Assembly: GCA_025782575.1 (NCBI GenBank)
Contig: JALGYY010000048.1
Coordinates: 13,182-77,181, forward strand
Origin: a bacterium
Lineage (GTDB): Bacteria > Orphanbacterota > Orphanbacteria > Orphanbacterales > Orphanbacteraceae
Reading direction: 5' to 3'
Length of the DNA: 64,000 nucleotides
Within the stretch, counting starts at the first letter, position 1. Each line of letters begins with the position of its first letter. Position numbers and translations under genes: made by a program. This document shows, piece after piece, positions 19,702 to 30,566 of the stretch. The notes under the pieces are model-generated. The model saw only the letters and a list, made by a program, of their open reading frames with translations, ran no database searches and was not told where the DNA came from.

Positions 19702-22700
19702 ATGTGTCGAATCCCCCGCAGTCCCCTAGCCATTCTCACATTAGTCATCCTCCTGGCCGCTCCGGTCGGCGCGGAATCTGGTGCCCCGGCAAGGCAGAAG
19801 AAGGAAGCCCCTTCCCGGCAGGCCATTACACTCTCCCCCGAGGAAGAGCGCGCCGTGGAGGAAACAGCTCGGCTGAAAGCGGAACGATTCCGCGATGGAG
19901 AAACGGTGTCACCGCTGATCGCCTCCAAACCCACCCCGCTTCACCCCATCCTGACGCCGATCCCCGGCAAGAAAGCACGATTCACCGTTTCGGCCCCATC
20001 GAAGAACGCGCTGGCGTGTACGTACACAGGACTCACATCGGGTGTAGTCGACACGGTAATCTCCTCTCCCAGCTACTACATCGCAAACCAATCGGTCGGG
20101 TACTGGACCGCCGCCGCGATCCGTTCCGAGCCTGGTGATGACTGGGACATCCACATGTACACAGCGCTCGGAACAGCTCCGGCCTGCCTTGACAGCCTCG
20201 TCGCATTCTCCGAAATAAGCCCCGGCGTGGACGTGGTGGTGGCCGACTTCAACCACATGCCGGTGAGCGCGCGCTATCTGTCGGCGCTCCGCTTTGCTGG
20301 GGTGGAGACCGCTCCGATCGAATGGGAAGGCGGACCGGACATTCTAACAGTGGACGGCGGGACGGTTTACCGGGCCACCGGGCCGAAAGACATTATCGAG
20401 TGCTGGGACGTTTTTCTGGAAGCAGGCGTGGAGTACGGGTTCAAAGTCTCGCAGGCGTGGCCCGCAGATCTGAAGCTCCTCCTATTCCGGAATCCCTGGG
20501 CCGGTCCGTATCACGCGGGCCGCACCAGCGCGGAAATCGACAGCAGTACACTCAGTATTCTCCATTACACGGCGCCGTCAGATGACTGGTACTGCGTAGT
20601 GATCGTAAACGAGAACGGACTAGCTGGTAACTACACCCTGGAAGTTGGCAGCTGCTCGCCCCCGATCGCCCTTACATCCACCCTGACACAATCACTCCCC
20701 AATGGAATCTTTCACCTCTCATTCGATCAGCAGGATCCTTATTGGGCGGCAGTGGTCGCCCGCCCGGATGTACTTGGCAGTGACCTCGTTCTGCGCAGGT
20801 ACACCACCGGGTCAGGTGCATCGTGGCCCGTCTGCTACACCAGCGAGACCGGGATTTCCATGGGCTATACCTACGAAAGCCATAGCATCAACATGATTGT
20901 GGCGGATTTCAATTCGGGTGGCGACACGCTCGGGGCTTACCCGATGACTCTCACACCCTGGAGTCCCGACACGAGTGGGGCTTCGATTGAATGGGACGCC
21001 GGAGCGGATCTGATCTTTGCGAACGGGGCTCCGATCGCGGGTGCCACCGTCCCGACCGATGTGGTGGAGATCTGGGATATCTACCTCAAGAAAAATGTGC
21101 CTTACCAGTTTTACGTAACCACCTCCGGTTCGGCGGAGATGATGTCACTCCTCTTTTCTCGTCCCGAGCTTGGTCCCGTAGTCACAACCCTCGCATGGCC
21201 GACTGACATTGGCGCATGCAGGAGCTTCGTAGGCCTCTCCACTGGCTACCACGGACTTGCTATGATTAATTTCAACGGGGGGACGGCGTCATACCAGTTC
21301 GCTGTGTCGGAGCAGTTCGTCGACGAAGCGGACGCGCTGTTTCGGGACCAGGCGTCCGATGGGCGAGGCTTCGGCTGGTCCGATTACGACCTGGACGGCG
21401 ACCTCGACGTTTATGTGACAAATTATGGCGATCCCGACCGACTCCTCGAAAATGACGGAGCAGGAGTGTTTACCGACATTACCGCGCCCCCTCTAGGGAA
21501 CGCCGGCCCATCTCTCCATCCTGTATGGGGGGACTTTGACAATGATGGTGATCCGGATCTCCTGGTGACTACGAACAACGGCCCCCTCTCCCTTTATCGA
21601 AATGAGGGGGGAGGCGTTTTCTCCGACATCACCAGCAGCCCGCTCAGTTTGCCATACACCGGAACGCAGGCAAGCTGGATCGACTTTGATAACGACGGGT
21701 TCCTTGACATTTCTCTCGCAAACGGACTCACAGCCAAACTCTTCGGGGGTGCGGGGGACGGGACGTTCGCCGACGCGACGCCGGCAATCGTCGAAACCAC
21801 TACCGCGGAGCGCCACGTGTGGGGAGACTTCGACCATGATGGCGATCTCGACCTGTACAACGTGTCTTACTCGGCGAATCATCTCTTGCGAAATGAAGGG
21901 AACGGTCTTTTTTCCGACGTCACTACTCCCCCTCTCGACGATGCCAGGGTTGGTTACGATGGGGCGTGGAGCGACTTTGACCTGGACGGCGATCTCGACC
22001 TGGTTGTCGTGAATGAGAATGCGGACAACTTGCTCTTCCGGAACGAAGGGGGCGGCTCCTTTGCCGATGTCAGCACTCTACTCCCCAGCGACACTCTGGC
22101 TACGCGCGGCGTAATGTGGGGCGATTACGACAATAACGGTTACCCGGATCTTTTCATGACCACGTTCATAGGCCCGAACAAGCTGCTCGCCGGACTCCTG
22201 GGGGAATTCAGTGAACGGGCGGCCACGGAAGTGATCGTTAGCGATGCCTCTGTCGGGTCGGCCTGGGTCGATTACGACAGCGACGGGGACCTCGACCTGT
22301 CGGTCATCAATCTGCCGGCATTTGGATCAGGCGAAAACCAGCAGATCAGAAACGATCTCTGCACGACGAACGGTTGGTTGAAAGTGGATCTTACAGGCAT
22401 TCTGTCGAACCGGGACGGTATCGGGGCGCGGGTGACCGTCTACTCCTTTGGCGAGGCGTACATACGCGAGATTACCGGCAAGTCCGCCTCGTACGGTTCG
22501 GGACCGCTTATCGCCCAGTTCGGATTGCCTTACTCCGATCTGATCGACTCGGTAGTGGTGGACTGGCCGCGTGGCGCCCGTCAGACGATCGTCGCACCGG
22601 GAGCGTGGCAGACCATCGAGATCATAGAAGACATTTCATACTACGTCGGCGTGAATGACACCGATGATAGCGCGCCGGCGGCGCGACTCGTTCTACACGA

Positions 22701-22962
22701 AAACGTGCCGAACCCGTTCAACCCGATGACCACAATCCGTTTCGATCTTCCGGCGGACGGAAAGGTCACACTCGCCGTGTACGATGTGAGCGGCCGGCTT
22801 GTACGCACCCTCGTAGGCGGGCAACCGCTCGACGCGGGGCACCACGATGTGACATGGGACGGGACCGATGACGGGGGCACCAAAACGGCATCGGGGATCT
22901 ACTTCTACCGCCTCCAGCTCGCCGGCGAGTCGAGAACGCGGAAAATGGTGATGATCCGGTAA
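19702..22962 (+). CDS. Secreted FG-GAP/VCBS repeat + ASPIC/UnbV protein with FlgD_ig CTD and an N-terminal ~213-aa tandem repeat
   Basis: Signal peptide; seven DYD/DFD-xDGDxD repeats; SNRDGIGARV ASPIC motif; PNPFNP...ASGIYFY CTD. Confidence 0.88.
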   Translation: MCRIPRSPLAILTLVILLAAPVGAESGAPARQKKEAPSRQAITLSPEEERAVEETARLKAERFRDGETVSPLIASKPTPLHPILTPIPGKKARFTVSAPSKNALACTYTGLTSGVVDTVISSPSYYIANQSVGYWTAAAIRSEPGDDWDIHMYTALGTAPACLDSLVAFSEISPGVDVVVADFNHMPVSARYLSALRFAGVETAPIEWEGGPDILTVDGGTVYRATGPKDIIECWDVFLEAGVEYGFKVSQAWPADLKLLLFRNPWAGPYHAGRTSAEIDSSTLSILHYTAPSDDWYCVVIVNENGLAGNYTLEVGSCSPPIALTSTLTQSLPNGIFHLSFDQQDPYWAAVVARPDVLGSDLVLRRYTTGSGASWPVCYTSETGISMGYTYESHSINMIVADFNSGGDTLGAYPMTLTPWSPDTSGASIEWDAGADLIFANGAPIAGATVPTDVVEIWDIYLKKNVPYQFYVTTSGSAEMMSLLFSRPELGPVVTTLAWPTDIGACRSFVGLSTGYHGLAMINFNGGTASYQFAVSEQFVDEADALFRDQASDGRGFGWSDYDLDGDLDVYVTNYGDPDRLLENDGAGVFTDITAPPLGNAGPSLHPVWGDFDNDGDPDLLVTTNNGPLSLYRNEGGGVFSDITSSPLSLPYTGTQASWIDFDNDGFLDISLANGLTAKLFGGAGDGTFADATPAIVETTTAERHVWGDFDHDGDLDLYNVSYSANHLLRNEGNGLFSDVTTPPLDDARVGYDGAWSDFDLDGDLDLVVVNENADNLLFRNEGGGSFADVSTLLPSDTLATRGVMWGDYDNNGYPDLFMTTFIGPNKLLAGLLGEFSERAATEVIVSDASVGSAWVDYDSDGDLDLSVINLPAFGSGENQQIRNDLCTTNGWLKVDLTGILSNRDGIGARVTVYSFGEAYIREITGKSASYGSGPLIAQFGLPYSDLIDSVVVDWPRGARQTIVAPGAWQTIEIIEDISYYVGVNDTDDSAPAARLVLHENVPNPFNPMTTIRFDLPADGKVTLAVYDVSGRLVRTLVGGQPLDAGHHDVTWDGTDDGGTKTASGIYFYRLQLAGESRTRKMVMIR

Positions 22963-22980
22963 GCTTTGACCGGCATGTGT

Positions 22981-23523
22981 TCAGGCCTCGGCGATTCCTT
23001 CAATGGCTTGTTTCCTTTGCTCCTCGCTTTCAGCGCTGAGTGCCATTAACAACCTCATCTGCTCCAAGGCTCTGGCGTGGTTAGTCTTCGCATTGTCGAT
23101 ACTCTGATCAGCCAGCTCAAACAATACATCGAATGCCTCCATCGCCAACCCCGCCTTTTTGAACAGGTCGAATATCTGAGGAAATTCCTTACGATGCGGA
23201 TATACTGCCTGGGCGGCCTCCCGCAGATTCCTTGATAGATCAAGGGACTCGCTCTGAGTTTCCGCCCGATTTACAAATTGGCCGGCAAGGCCGGTGATCT
23301 TTTCGGCAAGCTCGGGCTGTTGTGAACGGAGTCGGGTCAATTGCTCTCCGAGCCCTCCCTTAGACGCACCTGCACCGATCTTTGCGGCGAGGCGGCCGGC
23401 CAGTTTCCCGGCGGCGTCGGCCATGTCAGCAGGTCCTGACCCCCCTTTTCCTGCCGGCACAGGCGCCAAGCCAGTTGCTCCCGGGGCCGGGGGGGGAATA
23501 TTTCTATTACCTGGGATCTTCAT
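22981..23523 (-). CDS. Hypothetical alpha-helical protein, no Sec signal, MKIP-Pro-rich N-terminus
   Basis: RBS GGAGGA; low-complexity N-terminus followed by coiled-coil-like helices. Confidence 0.7.
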   Translation of the reverse strand: MKIPGNRNIPPPAPGATGLAPVPAGKGGSGPADMADAAGKLAGRLAAKIGAGASKGGLGEQLTRLRSQQPELAEKITGLAGQFVNRAETQSESLDLSRNLREAAQAVYPHRKEFPQIFDLFKKAGLAMEAFDVLFELADQSIDNAKTNHARALEQMRLLMALSAESEEQRKQAIEGIAEA

Positions 23524-23678
23524 GGCTTTCCTCCATTTGTGAGGTGTAAATATTCGTGTCTCTGACTAGGTAGTTTGGGCAGGGGTGGAAATCTCCCGCG
23601 CACCGCCTAATTCGAGAACAACCACTTCGAAGGATGAGCCGATCCCCGGGATCGCCGGGCGGGATGTGGGCTACCTAC

Positions 23679-24032
23679 TTAGCTCCCTGCCTTCTTATCG
23701 TAGATTCGGTCAGTTCCGTAAGCAGAAATGAAATCATTCCGGTGAAGCCCCTTGATCTTGTGCGTCCACCAGGTAACCGTCACTCGGCCCCATTCAGTGA
23801 GAAGTGCTGGATGGTGCCCAGCCTCTTCTGCGAGTTCTCCGACGCGATTGGTAAACCCGAGTGCGTCTACGAAATTCTGAAACACGAACACTCGCTCAAG
23901 CCTGGGGATGTTCTCCCTTTCTACCAGTTTCCAGTCGGATACCTGCGGATGAAAGTGAGCGATCTCCGCATCTGTCACTTGGGGGGCACCAACCCGGCAC
24001 GCCTCACATTTCAATTTCTTCAGCTCATCCAT
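23679..24032 (-). CDS. phhB: Pterin-4-alpha-carbinolamine dehydratase
   Basis: [29 protein letters not shown]. Confidence 0.92.
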   Translation of the reverse strand: MDELKKLKCEACRVGAPQVTDAEIAHFHPQVSDWKLVERENIPRLERVFVFQNFVDALGFTNRVGELAEEAGHHPALLTEWGRVTVTWWTHKIKGLHRNDFISAYGTDRIYDKKAGS

Positions 24033-24213
24033 CGGTTCATCCTTTCTCCAGGGGTGGGGTTTCTATTGAGCATTATAACAGCAGAGACGCAGCCCTTCGG
24101 CGGAATACTGGGAGAAAGAGACGGGTCCGCAGCATGATACAAGCCAGGCGGGAGGGAGGACCAAAACTCGGGAGGCTGGGTGTTCATACATAGACTCGCG
24201 CAGAGCATGGGGG

Positions 24214-24699
24214 ACATTCCTGGCTGCAGTCTCGCAGGCTGCATTTACCTATACACCGACCCTGTCCTCTCATACGTTCGAGGACCTGCGCTCTACCGGC
24301 AACCTGAAGCTCATTCGCGATCCGGATATCAAACATGCGTTAGAAGAATACTACGAAAACGACCAGAGCCAGCGGCAGTTCATCTCCCTGAATCTCATGA
24401 TCGAGTTTCGGTACTTTGAACTGTCAGCCAATATTGTAACTCTTGAACTTTACAAGTTCGTGCAGGATCGCTGATTCGTGGTGAACCCGAGCAATATTCA
24501 GGAGGTGCGGGATGCACGTCCGGATGAGGCGGGCGTAAGGTCGGCGGCCGATCGATTGAGCAAGAAGGGAATTGCTGGCATGGCTCCCGAAAGTACGTGG
24601 TCTGCAATTCGATCAAATTCAGGCACATACCTGGCGTCGGGAAATGCGCGTTCTCTTTTAAGCGCGCTCCAGGCATATAAAGCCGGATTCAGCGAGTAG
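24214..24699 (+). pseudogene. Gene remnant (DUF6090-like helical protein C-terminal part)
   Basis: One frame reads TFLAAVSQAAFTYTPTLSSHTFEDLRSTGNLKLIRD...VQDR*FVVNP. Internal TGA at 24472-24474 and no evident start. Confidence 0.5.
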
Positions 24700-24768
24700 T
24701 TCGTTCCTGTCTCAAGGCCACTAATCTCGCATTGGCTCCCAGGACAGGGGTGTGTGAAGGATACAAAT

Positions 24769-24802
24769 CAGGGTCCACACTCAACTAAGAGTGTGGACCC
24801 TG
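24769..24802 (-). terminator. Intrinsic terminator of the minus-strand gene at 24832
   Basis: Perfect 14-bp inverted repeat CAGGGTCCACACTC-N6-GAGTGTGGACCCTG followed by ATTTGTAT on the minus strand. Confidence 0.7.
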
Positions 24803-24831
24803 CGTCGTTCCAGGCATTGACGTGCAATATT

Positions 24832-25755
24832 CTAGCGGAACAGCTCCTTCAAGGACCCCCAGGTACTTGATTCGGTTGCTGTCGGCTCACAGTCCGTGCC
24901 GAGTATCCCATTGTTGAAGTCATCCAAAATCTCTGCCGTCGCACTCGTAGTTGAAGCCAATACGGAACCGCCACCCACCGGCGGAATCACCAAAGCCCCG
25001 ATCAAAGCATCGGCGTCAGCAACAGCAGTCCCAAGCGGCGCGGGGACCGCGCCCAGCGCGAGGTTTAACTTCGCCGGGATGAGCTGGTGAGCCAGAATGA
25101 GGAGGCCGTTCCCCCCCGCCGGCTGATTCAGAATGCTGAGCAGCTCTGCCTGATCATAATTGACAGATCCCAGCGTCAGATTGAAAAGTGGCCAGTCTGC
25201 CGGGTGATTCTTCCAGAAGCCCTGTGTAAAATGGCACTCATCTCCGAAGGTAGTTGTGCTCAACAGGTTCGCGCTATTCACACTCTGCTCCCACGCACCT
25301 CCGTCTCCATTAGCGAAGACACAAAATACATAGCTCGTGTTTGTCTCGAGCTCATTCCAATCGGTTGCCACTACCCCGGTTTCATCGAACAGATCACCCA
25401 TCTGAATGTTAATCGACTCGTTCGATCCCAGTTGGAAGCTAGCCGGCATTCCTGCGTAGGTATTTAGAGTCGGGGTGCCTGTAAAATTAGCCTCACTCAC
25501 TGCAGATGTCAACGTGGATGGCCAGGTGCTACCGTTGAGGACAAAAGTGGCTTCCGTCACCCACCATATTGTAAAACCGGCCGGCGCACCGGTGGCCCCT
25601 GCAGTTATGGTCATTTCGAGCTTAGCGTGCCCGGCTTCCATGAAAGTCAGAGTGGGTGAGTCGAGTTGGGTCGCGAGCGCCCTCTGCGAAAACCCGGAAA
25701 TTACCAGGCAAAGCAAGATTAGCGTGATTGTGGATTTTGATAGCCATTGGTTCAC
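24832..25755 (-). CDS. Secreted protein (Fn3-like domain plus TQGFWKNH domain) with C-terminal WG..K..FR tag
   Basis: RBS AGGAGG before GTG 25755; signal peptide ending ALA; ends PTATESSTWGSLKELFR. Confidence 0.8.
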   Translation of the reverse strand: MNQWLSKSTITLILLCLVISGFSQRALATQLDSPTLTFMEAGHAKLEMTITAGATGAPAGFTIWWVTEATFVLNGSTWPSTLTSAVSEANFTGTPTLNTYAGMPASFQLGSNESINIQMGDLFDETGVVATDWNELETNTSYVFCVFANGDGGAWEQSVNSANLLSTTTFGDECHFTQGFWKNHPADWPLFNLTLGSVNYDQAELLSILNQPAGGNGLLILAHQLIPAKLNLALGAVPAPLGTAVADADALIGALVIPPVGGGSVLASTTSATAEILDDFNNGILGTDCEPTATESSTWGSLKELFR

Positions 25756-26204
25756 CTGACTCTCCTCCTGTTTCTCGTCCTGTATAGGGTAGACGGCATT
25801 AAGCTGTTCGTTATGTTCAACCAAGATGAGTCGTGAATAAAAGCTTCTTTTACAACTGCGTACTATATCACGCCACTTGCCATATTTCAACCACTAACTA
25901 TGTCAAATACATGGAGAAACGCCAGCAAGGATCTCAGCTCCTCCCGGGAAATCGACTGTGTAATTATTCCAGGAGATACCTGAGAACTGTATCTCCGGCG
26001 GTCCTTAGACCGAACAACCAGGCCCCCAAGGTCCGCTTTTGCTTCTCCGGACCGTTCCCGGCTGCCTACATCGGTTTTCAGGGTTCGCCAATATAGTAGA
26101 GTACTGGATTGATAATCATCTAAATAATAAAATTTCGTCAGATTGGCTCAGAATGTCATCCAGTTTCAAGGATCGCTGGCCTTATTGCCGGCCCAGGAGG
26201 GGAA

Positions 26205-26998
26205 ATGAAAAAGTTGCTATCGGTTGCCGCATTCACCTGTCTGACCATTGCCTGCTTTCAACTCGCACTGATCGGCACGGCTAGGGCTGACGTGGTCATC
26301 ATGATTATCGACGATTTTCAAGCGGGGACTATCAGCTCGGTCGGGAGGGTACCTCGACTCCCTACACAGTGTCCGACACACAATTCGACGGAACGGGAAC
26401 ACACATCATTGGCGGACAGCGCGACGTCACCTTTCAGAAGATCACCGGTTCCTCCACGCAACCCTATGCCAACGTTTTGTCCACCGTCACATATTTAGGA
26501 TACACGGGCATTAGCACTTACAACTCCTTCTTCAATTGCAATGCTGTTTGGACGACGACGTGTGGCCTCGCGGGAGATCTCAACGCGGATCTTACGGCAG
26601 GTGGCACGGCTGATCGCATAAGCCTGGTGATAGACGGGGATCAGGATGATAGCGTTCCGGTGCGGCCGATACCTCTTACAATTACAGTGATCAGCGGAAC
26701 AGGTACCGCCGCGGTCACGAAGGATCTGGTGAACTACGGGATCCATTCTTTCCTGTATACCGAGTTTGCATGTGTGGATTTCGCCGACGTTGATCGCCTG
26801 GTCTTCGAAATCGAACAGGATAGTCAGATCAACGACGCGATCGATTTCGCCTTGTTACTTACACGGTCGATTCACGTCCACCTTACCCGACATGGCCTAT
26901 CGGCAATCGAGACGATTCCTGCTGGAAGACTTCCTATATTATGCCGAGTCGCGGACTTAGTGGAGCAGCATAGTCCGGTCACGCAGAGATCTTTTTGA
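26205..26998 (+). pseudogene. Frameshifted secreted beta-sandwich protein (IDDF...GGQRD type)
   Basis: RBS AGGAGG and signal peptide in one frame; the body (EGTSTPYTVSDTQ...IIGGQRDV) is in another frame, with the shift near 26335-26345. C-terminus appears degenerate. Confidence 0.6.
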
Positions 26999-27058
26999 CT
27001 GTCTTATCGCCCGATCATTCTTGACACCTTATCAAAGTGAGTTTACCATAGACATATC

Positions 27059-28543
27059 ATGGTTCCAGCCCTCAAGTCGACCTGTCGTAGTGGCGAAGGT
27101 GAGAGAGCTGCGCCGAATTTGCCGCGATACTTCCCATTCGTGGTAGTCGCAATAGCGGTCCTCGCTTTGGTCAACACCCTGCCTCCGCTTCCGTCCTGGT
27201 TCGTTGGGTCCGATGTCTTTCCCATTCTCGCCACGAGCACCTATAGCAATGCGAGCGAGTTTTTCGATGTCATCAAGACCAGTCTTATGCCGGGCTACTT
27301 CAAGGCCGGTTTCTATCGGCCCGTGAGCAGCGCTATCTGGGGCGCTGAATATGCGGTGTGGGGGCTGAACCCCCGTCCTTATATTGCGGTGAACGTAGTC
27401 GCGCACATGTTGAACGTGATCCTTCTGATCCCGCTTGCACTCGTGCTATTCGGTCGCCATCGTCCGTGGATCGGTCCGGTCGCTGCGACGATCTTCGCCT
27501 TTCTGCCATTCTCCGCTGACAACGTTCCTGTTATCTCTCGTACTCCCGATATTCTCTCGGGCACGCTGATTCTCGCCGTCTGTGCAATCCACTTCGCCCC
27601 CCGTTCAGGCCGGAAGGCAATGTGGGTCTCCTGCCTGCTTACGCTGTTCGCTTTCGGTATTAAGGAAACGGCGTTCATAATTCCTCCTCTGATCACTCTC
27701 GGTCATCTGTCGACAGCCGAAGGGGGCGTGCGTGCCGCAATCAGGAAGTCATGGCCGTTCTGGCTCATTCTTTTCCTCTTCATGATTCTGCGGTTCCTGG
27801 TGTTGGGCGGAATGGGAGGTTATCCCGAAGAGTCCGGCCGGCGCGACCCGCTCCATCGGATTCCTGTCGAATTTCTATCGACACTTCTACTCCCCTTCGG
27901 ATTCTTGAAAACCTGGAAGTGCGAGAGTGTCAGCTCCTTCACACTTCGACTAGCGGTTAGTTTGATTCTATTCGAGCTGTACTCTCTGTCTGTTCGGTTC
28001 TCAGACCGGCGGCGCACACCATCTCCGGCACACCCTCCACTTCATATGAGTGCCGTACGATTTTTGCTCGGATGGATCGCCCTGCTCCTCCTTCTCTACC
28101 TGGGCTCTCATCGCTTTGAGCGAAGATACGCCTATCTGGCCGCCATGCCGGGGACCCTGCTTATCGGTACCCTCCTTCTGTACGGCGTTCGCCGTCGGAA
28201 GGGGAGGCTGATCGCCCATGTCGCGATGCTGCTCGTCTCCTGGAATTTCACGTTTGCCCCTCTTTTTGGCGGATATGATGAATGGAAGGACGGCGCCGAT
28301 CTTGCAAGCCGATACGTTCAAGAGGTGGAAAAGACCATAATTGGCTCTTCACCAGACCGGAAGGTTTTCGGGTTGGTCGAGTGCCCCCAGACCATCTCGT
28401 ACAGGAATCGTGTTCCCTATATTTCAGACGTATTTCTGCTCGGGAGAAGATCGCTTCGGGCCTATTTCTCTCTTCGATTCCCTGATCGAACGCTGAAATT
28501 TGTGGTCCGGCCGATGGCGATCACCGAGCCACCGGAGGGATGA
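27059..28543 (+). CDS. Polytopic membrane glycosyltransferase-like protein (GT-C/PMT-like)
   Basis: FYRPVS, VAHMLN, KETA motifs and about 10 TM helices. Confidence 0.7.
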   Translation: MVPALKSTCRSGEGERAAPNLPRYFPFVVVAIAVLALVNTLPPLPSWFVGSDVFPILATSTYSNASEFFDVIKTSLMPGYFKAGFYRPVSSAIWGAEYAVWGLNPRPYIAVNVVAHMLNVILLIPLALVLFGRHRPWIGPVAATIFAFLPFSADNVPVISRTPDILSGTLILAVCAIHFAPRSGRKAMWVSCLLTLFAFGIKETAFIIPPLITLGHLSTAEGGVRAAIRKSWPFWLILFLFMILRFLVLGGMGGYPEESGRRDPLHRIPVEFLSTLLLPFGFLKTWKCESVSSFTLRLAVSLILFELYSLSVRFSDRRRTPSPAHPPLHMSAVRFLLGWIALLLLLYLGSHRFERRYAYLAAMPGTLLIGTLLLYGVRRRKGRLIAHVAMLLVSWNFTFAPLFGGYDEWKDGADLASRYVQEVEKTIIGSSPDRKVFGLVECPQTISYRNRVPYISDVFLLGRRSLRAYFSLRFPDRTLKFVVRPMAITEPPEG

Positions 28544-28652
28544 GCTACCTATGGCTCTTAGAAACTCGCCCGGGTTCCCCGCTTGAGCAGTCTAACCACA
28601 CAGTATGGTGCCGCCTCTATGAAAACGGAGTTTGTCGTCGGCGCGGTATCGG

Positions 28653-29379
28653 CTAATTCCCCTTCTTTCTTCCGATCGGAAGGATCATCGGGACCCGCCT
28701 CCGGTACTGCTCGTATCTCTCTCCGTGCAACGCCACCAGATCCGTTTCCTCGAACCGCGTGCCCATGAGAATGTAAGCCGTCGTAGTAGCGACGAACAGG
28801 AAATGGCCCCAGGTCATGTGAGGCGTTGCCCAGAACGCGATGATGAAACCGAGCATGATCGGGTGTCGAACGTGCTTGTAGAGACTCGTCTCTCGGAATT
28901 TCGGCTTCGTGTATGTTCCGGAAGCGAAGGAAAACCTGGCGCAGTCCGAAGAGGTCGAAGTGGTCGATCAAGAAGGTCGATAGAAGTACGAGCAACCAGC
29001 CCGCTACAAATACCACCCACAGGACCATCGCCAATGTGCCCGAGAGGTTCCAGACATCACCGCCGATCGGCTGCCACTCCCAGAAAATCAGCAACAGAAT
29101 CAAGCTGGTTAAGAGTACAAAGGTGCTTCTCTCGACCGACTTGGAAATGACTTTCGTCCATGCGGCCTTGAATCCCGGCCGAGCCATGATGGTGTGCTGC
29201 ACCGTGAAGATCGAGAGCCGTACGAGGTTTGTGATGATTGCCGCGCCGACTGCTCCGGCCGTCCCGCTGTCGACCCCCTTGGGCACAAGAAAATTGCCCA
29301 TAAAGCCGATCGCGTACAGGAACGACACCAGAAAGACGACGTAAGAGATGAGACCATACATGAGTGGGAGAAAACCCAA
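28653..29379 (-). pseudogene. mddA: Methanethiol S-methyltransferase MddA-like (ICMT family), frameshifted
   Basis: YGLISYVVFLVSFLYAIGF, QHTIMARPGFK, ERSTFVL and DHFDLFGLRQ in one frame; YTKPKFRETSLYKHVRHPIMLGF...EETDL in another. Shift near 28914. Confidence 0.8.
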
Positions 29380-29479
29380 TGATTCCTCCCCGTTCTGCAC
29401 CTGATGGTGCGTAATCGCCAGGCCATCCACGGCCTTCGTTTAAATAATCACTCTCTCCACCGTGGCCCGTCAAGAACTC

Positions 29480-30175
29480 TCAGTTGCAGGGCAGACTGCA
29501 ATTGGCAAATGGTATTGCGGAGCCGATACAGCTATGACCGCCACTAAGATGGGGCAGGTATTGAAATGTGTCGAAGAAGTTCACGACACCATCGCAATTG
29601 AAGTCCGCACAATAGCCGAACCCACTGGAGAGCTGCGGCAGGTATTTGAATGTGTCGAAGAAGTTCACCATGCCGTCGCCGGTAAAATCGGGCGATTTAA
29701 TACAGAAATCACGTACACCCTGGCAGATCACTGTAGGGTTTCCACAAAGGGATACGACTGTCCAACTCATCGAGATACATCCGCAGCCGCCGCCACTGAA
29801 CTTGATCCTCGCCTCGCCGACCGCGTCTGTGGTCGTGAAAATCACAAAGGATCCGGGCCCTGCGTTCGTATTGCATAGCCAGATGTTCGAAGGGCCGATG
29901 GTCGTATTCGGCAGACCGGTGAAATTGACACGAACCTCTAGTGTGCAATTGGTGCACGGAATGCCGGCTGCGCCGATTGCAAGAATGCGAAGCTCGATCA
30001 GGGATAAGTCGCCGGCAGGACACCAGACGAGGGTGGGAGGAATGACTGTCGGGCAAACGTCGTTGTCGATGATGGTTGCGGAGCAGATCGACGTCGCGGC
30101 GGCGGGTGGACACTGCGCAAGAACGACGGCGGGGAGCAAGAGAATGATCGCTACGAGAAAAGTCAATCGTTGCAC
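29480..30175 (-). CDS. Secreted Cys-rich protein with C-terminal dockerin/EF-hand-like duplicated motif
   Basis: RBS AAGGAGG before GTG 30175; signal peptide; SPDFTGDGMVNFFDTF...ADFNCDGVVNFFDTF. Confidence 0.8.
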   Translation of the reverse strand: MQRLTFLVAIILLLPAVVLAQCPPAAATSICSATIIDNDVCPTVIPPTLVWCPAGDLSLIELRILAIGAAGIPCTNCTLEVRVNFTGLPNTTIGPSNIWLCNTNAGPGSFVIFTTTDAVGEARIKFSGGGCGCISMSWTVVSLCGNPTVICQGVRDFCIKSPDFTGDGMVNFFDTFKYLPQLSSGFGYCADFNCDGVVNFFDTFQYLPHLSGGHSCIGSAIPFANCSLPCN

Positions 30176-30353
30176 GGGGACCTCCTTAGGAATCTGTCCA
30201 AGGACGGGTAAGTGGTGGCGTATCGAATAGTAACACTTAGACATGCCGTACCGCAAGAAACCTTCTCTTCATTGCTGTATCCGATCGGGTAGGGGCTTTA
30301 CTTCTTCGGGACGGTTCATTCGGCGCCACCCTTCATTTTCAATTCTGATCGAA

Positions 30354-30566
30354 TCAGCGGTTCAGTAGACCGCGCTGAATTCCCTCGCCAAGGCCGAACG
30401 TGGATCCGACAGTGCCGACAATGCTATCTTTGGTATCCAGAACGAGGGCCTGGTCCTCCGGAATGATGTCTTCCCCCGTTGTGCTCTCCCCTTCGATTCG
30501 CTTGACACGCGGTGGCGTTCGTCGGTGTGAGTCCTGTTTCACAGGGTGCCGTTTTGATTCAGTCAT
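30354..30566 (-). CDS. Small hypothetical protein overlapping the 3' end of the ABM gene
   Basis: ATG lies within the last codons of the ABM gene; no recognisable motif. Confidence 0.3.
   Translation of the reverse strand: MTESKRHPVKQDSHRRTPPRVKRIEGESTTGEDIIPEDQALVLDTKDSIVGTVGSTFGLGEGIQRGLLNR

Noticed and set aside
25972-25996. GGAGATAC-N9-GTATCTCC inverted repeat in a divergent intergenic region
   Set aside because: A single 8-bp stem with no second copy; it could be an operator but is unsupported.
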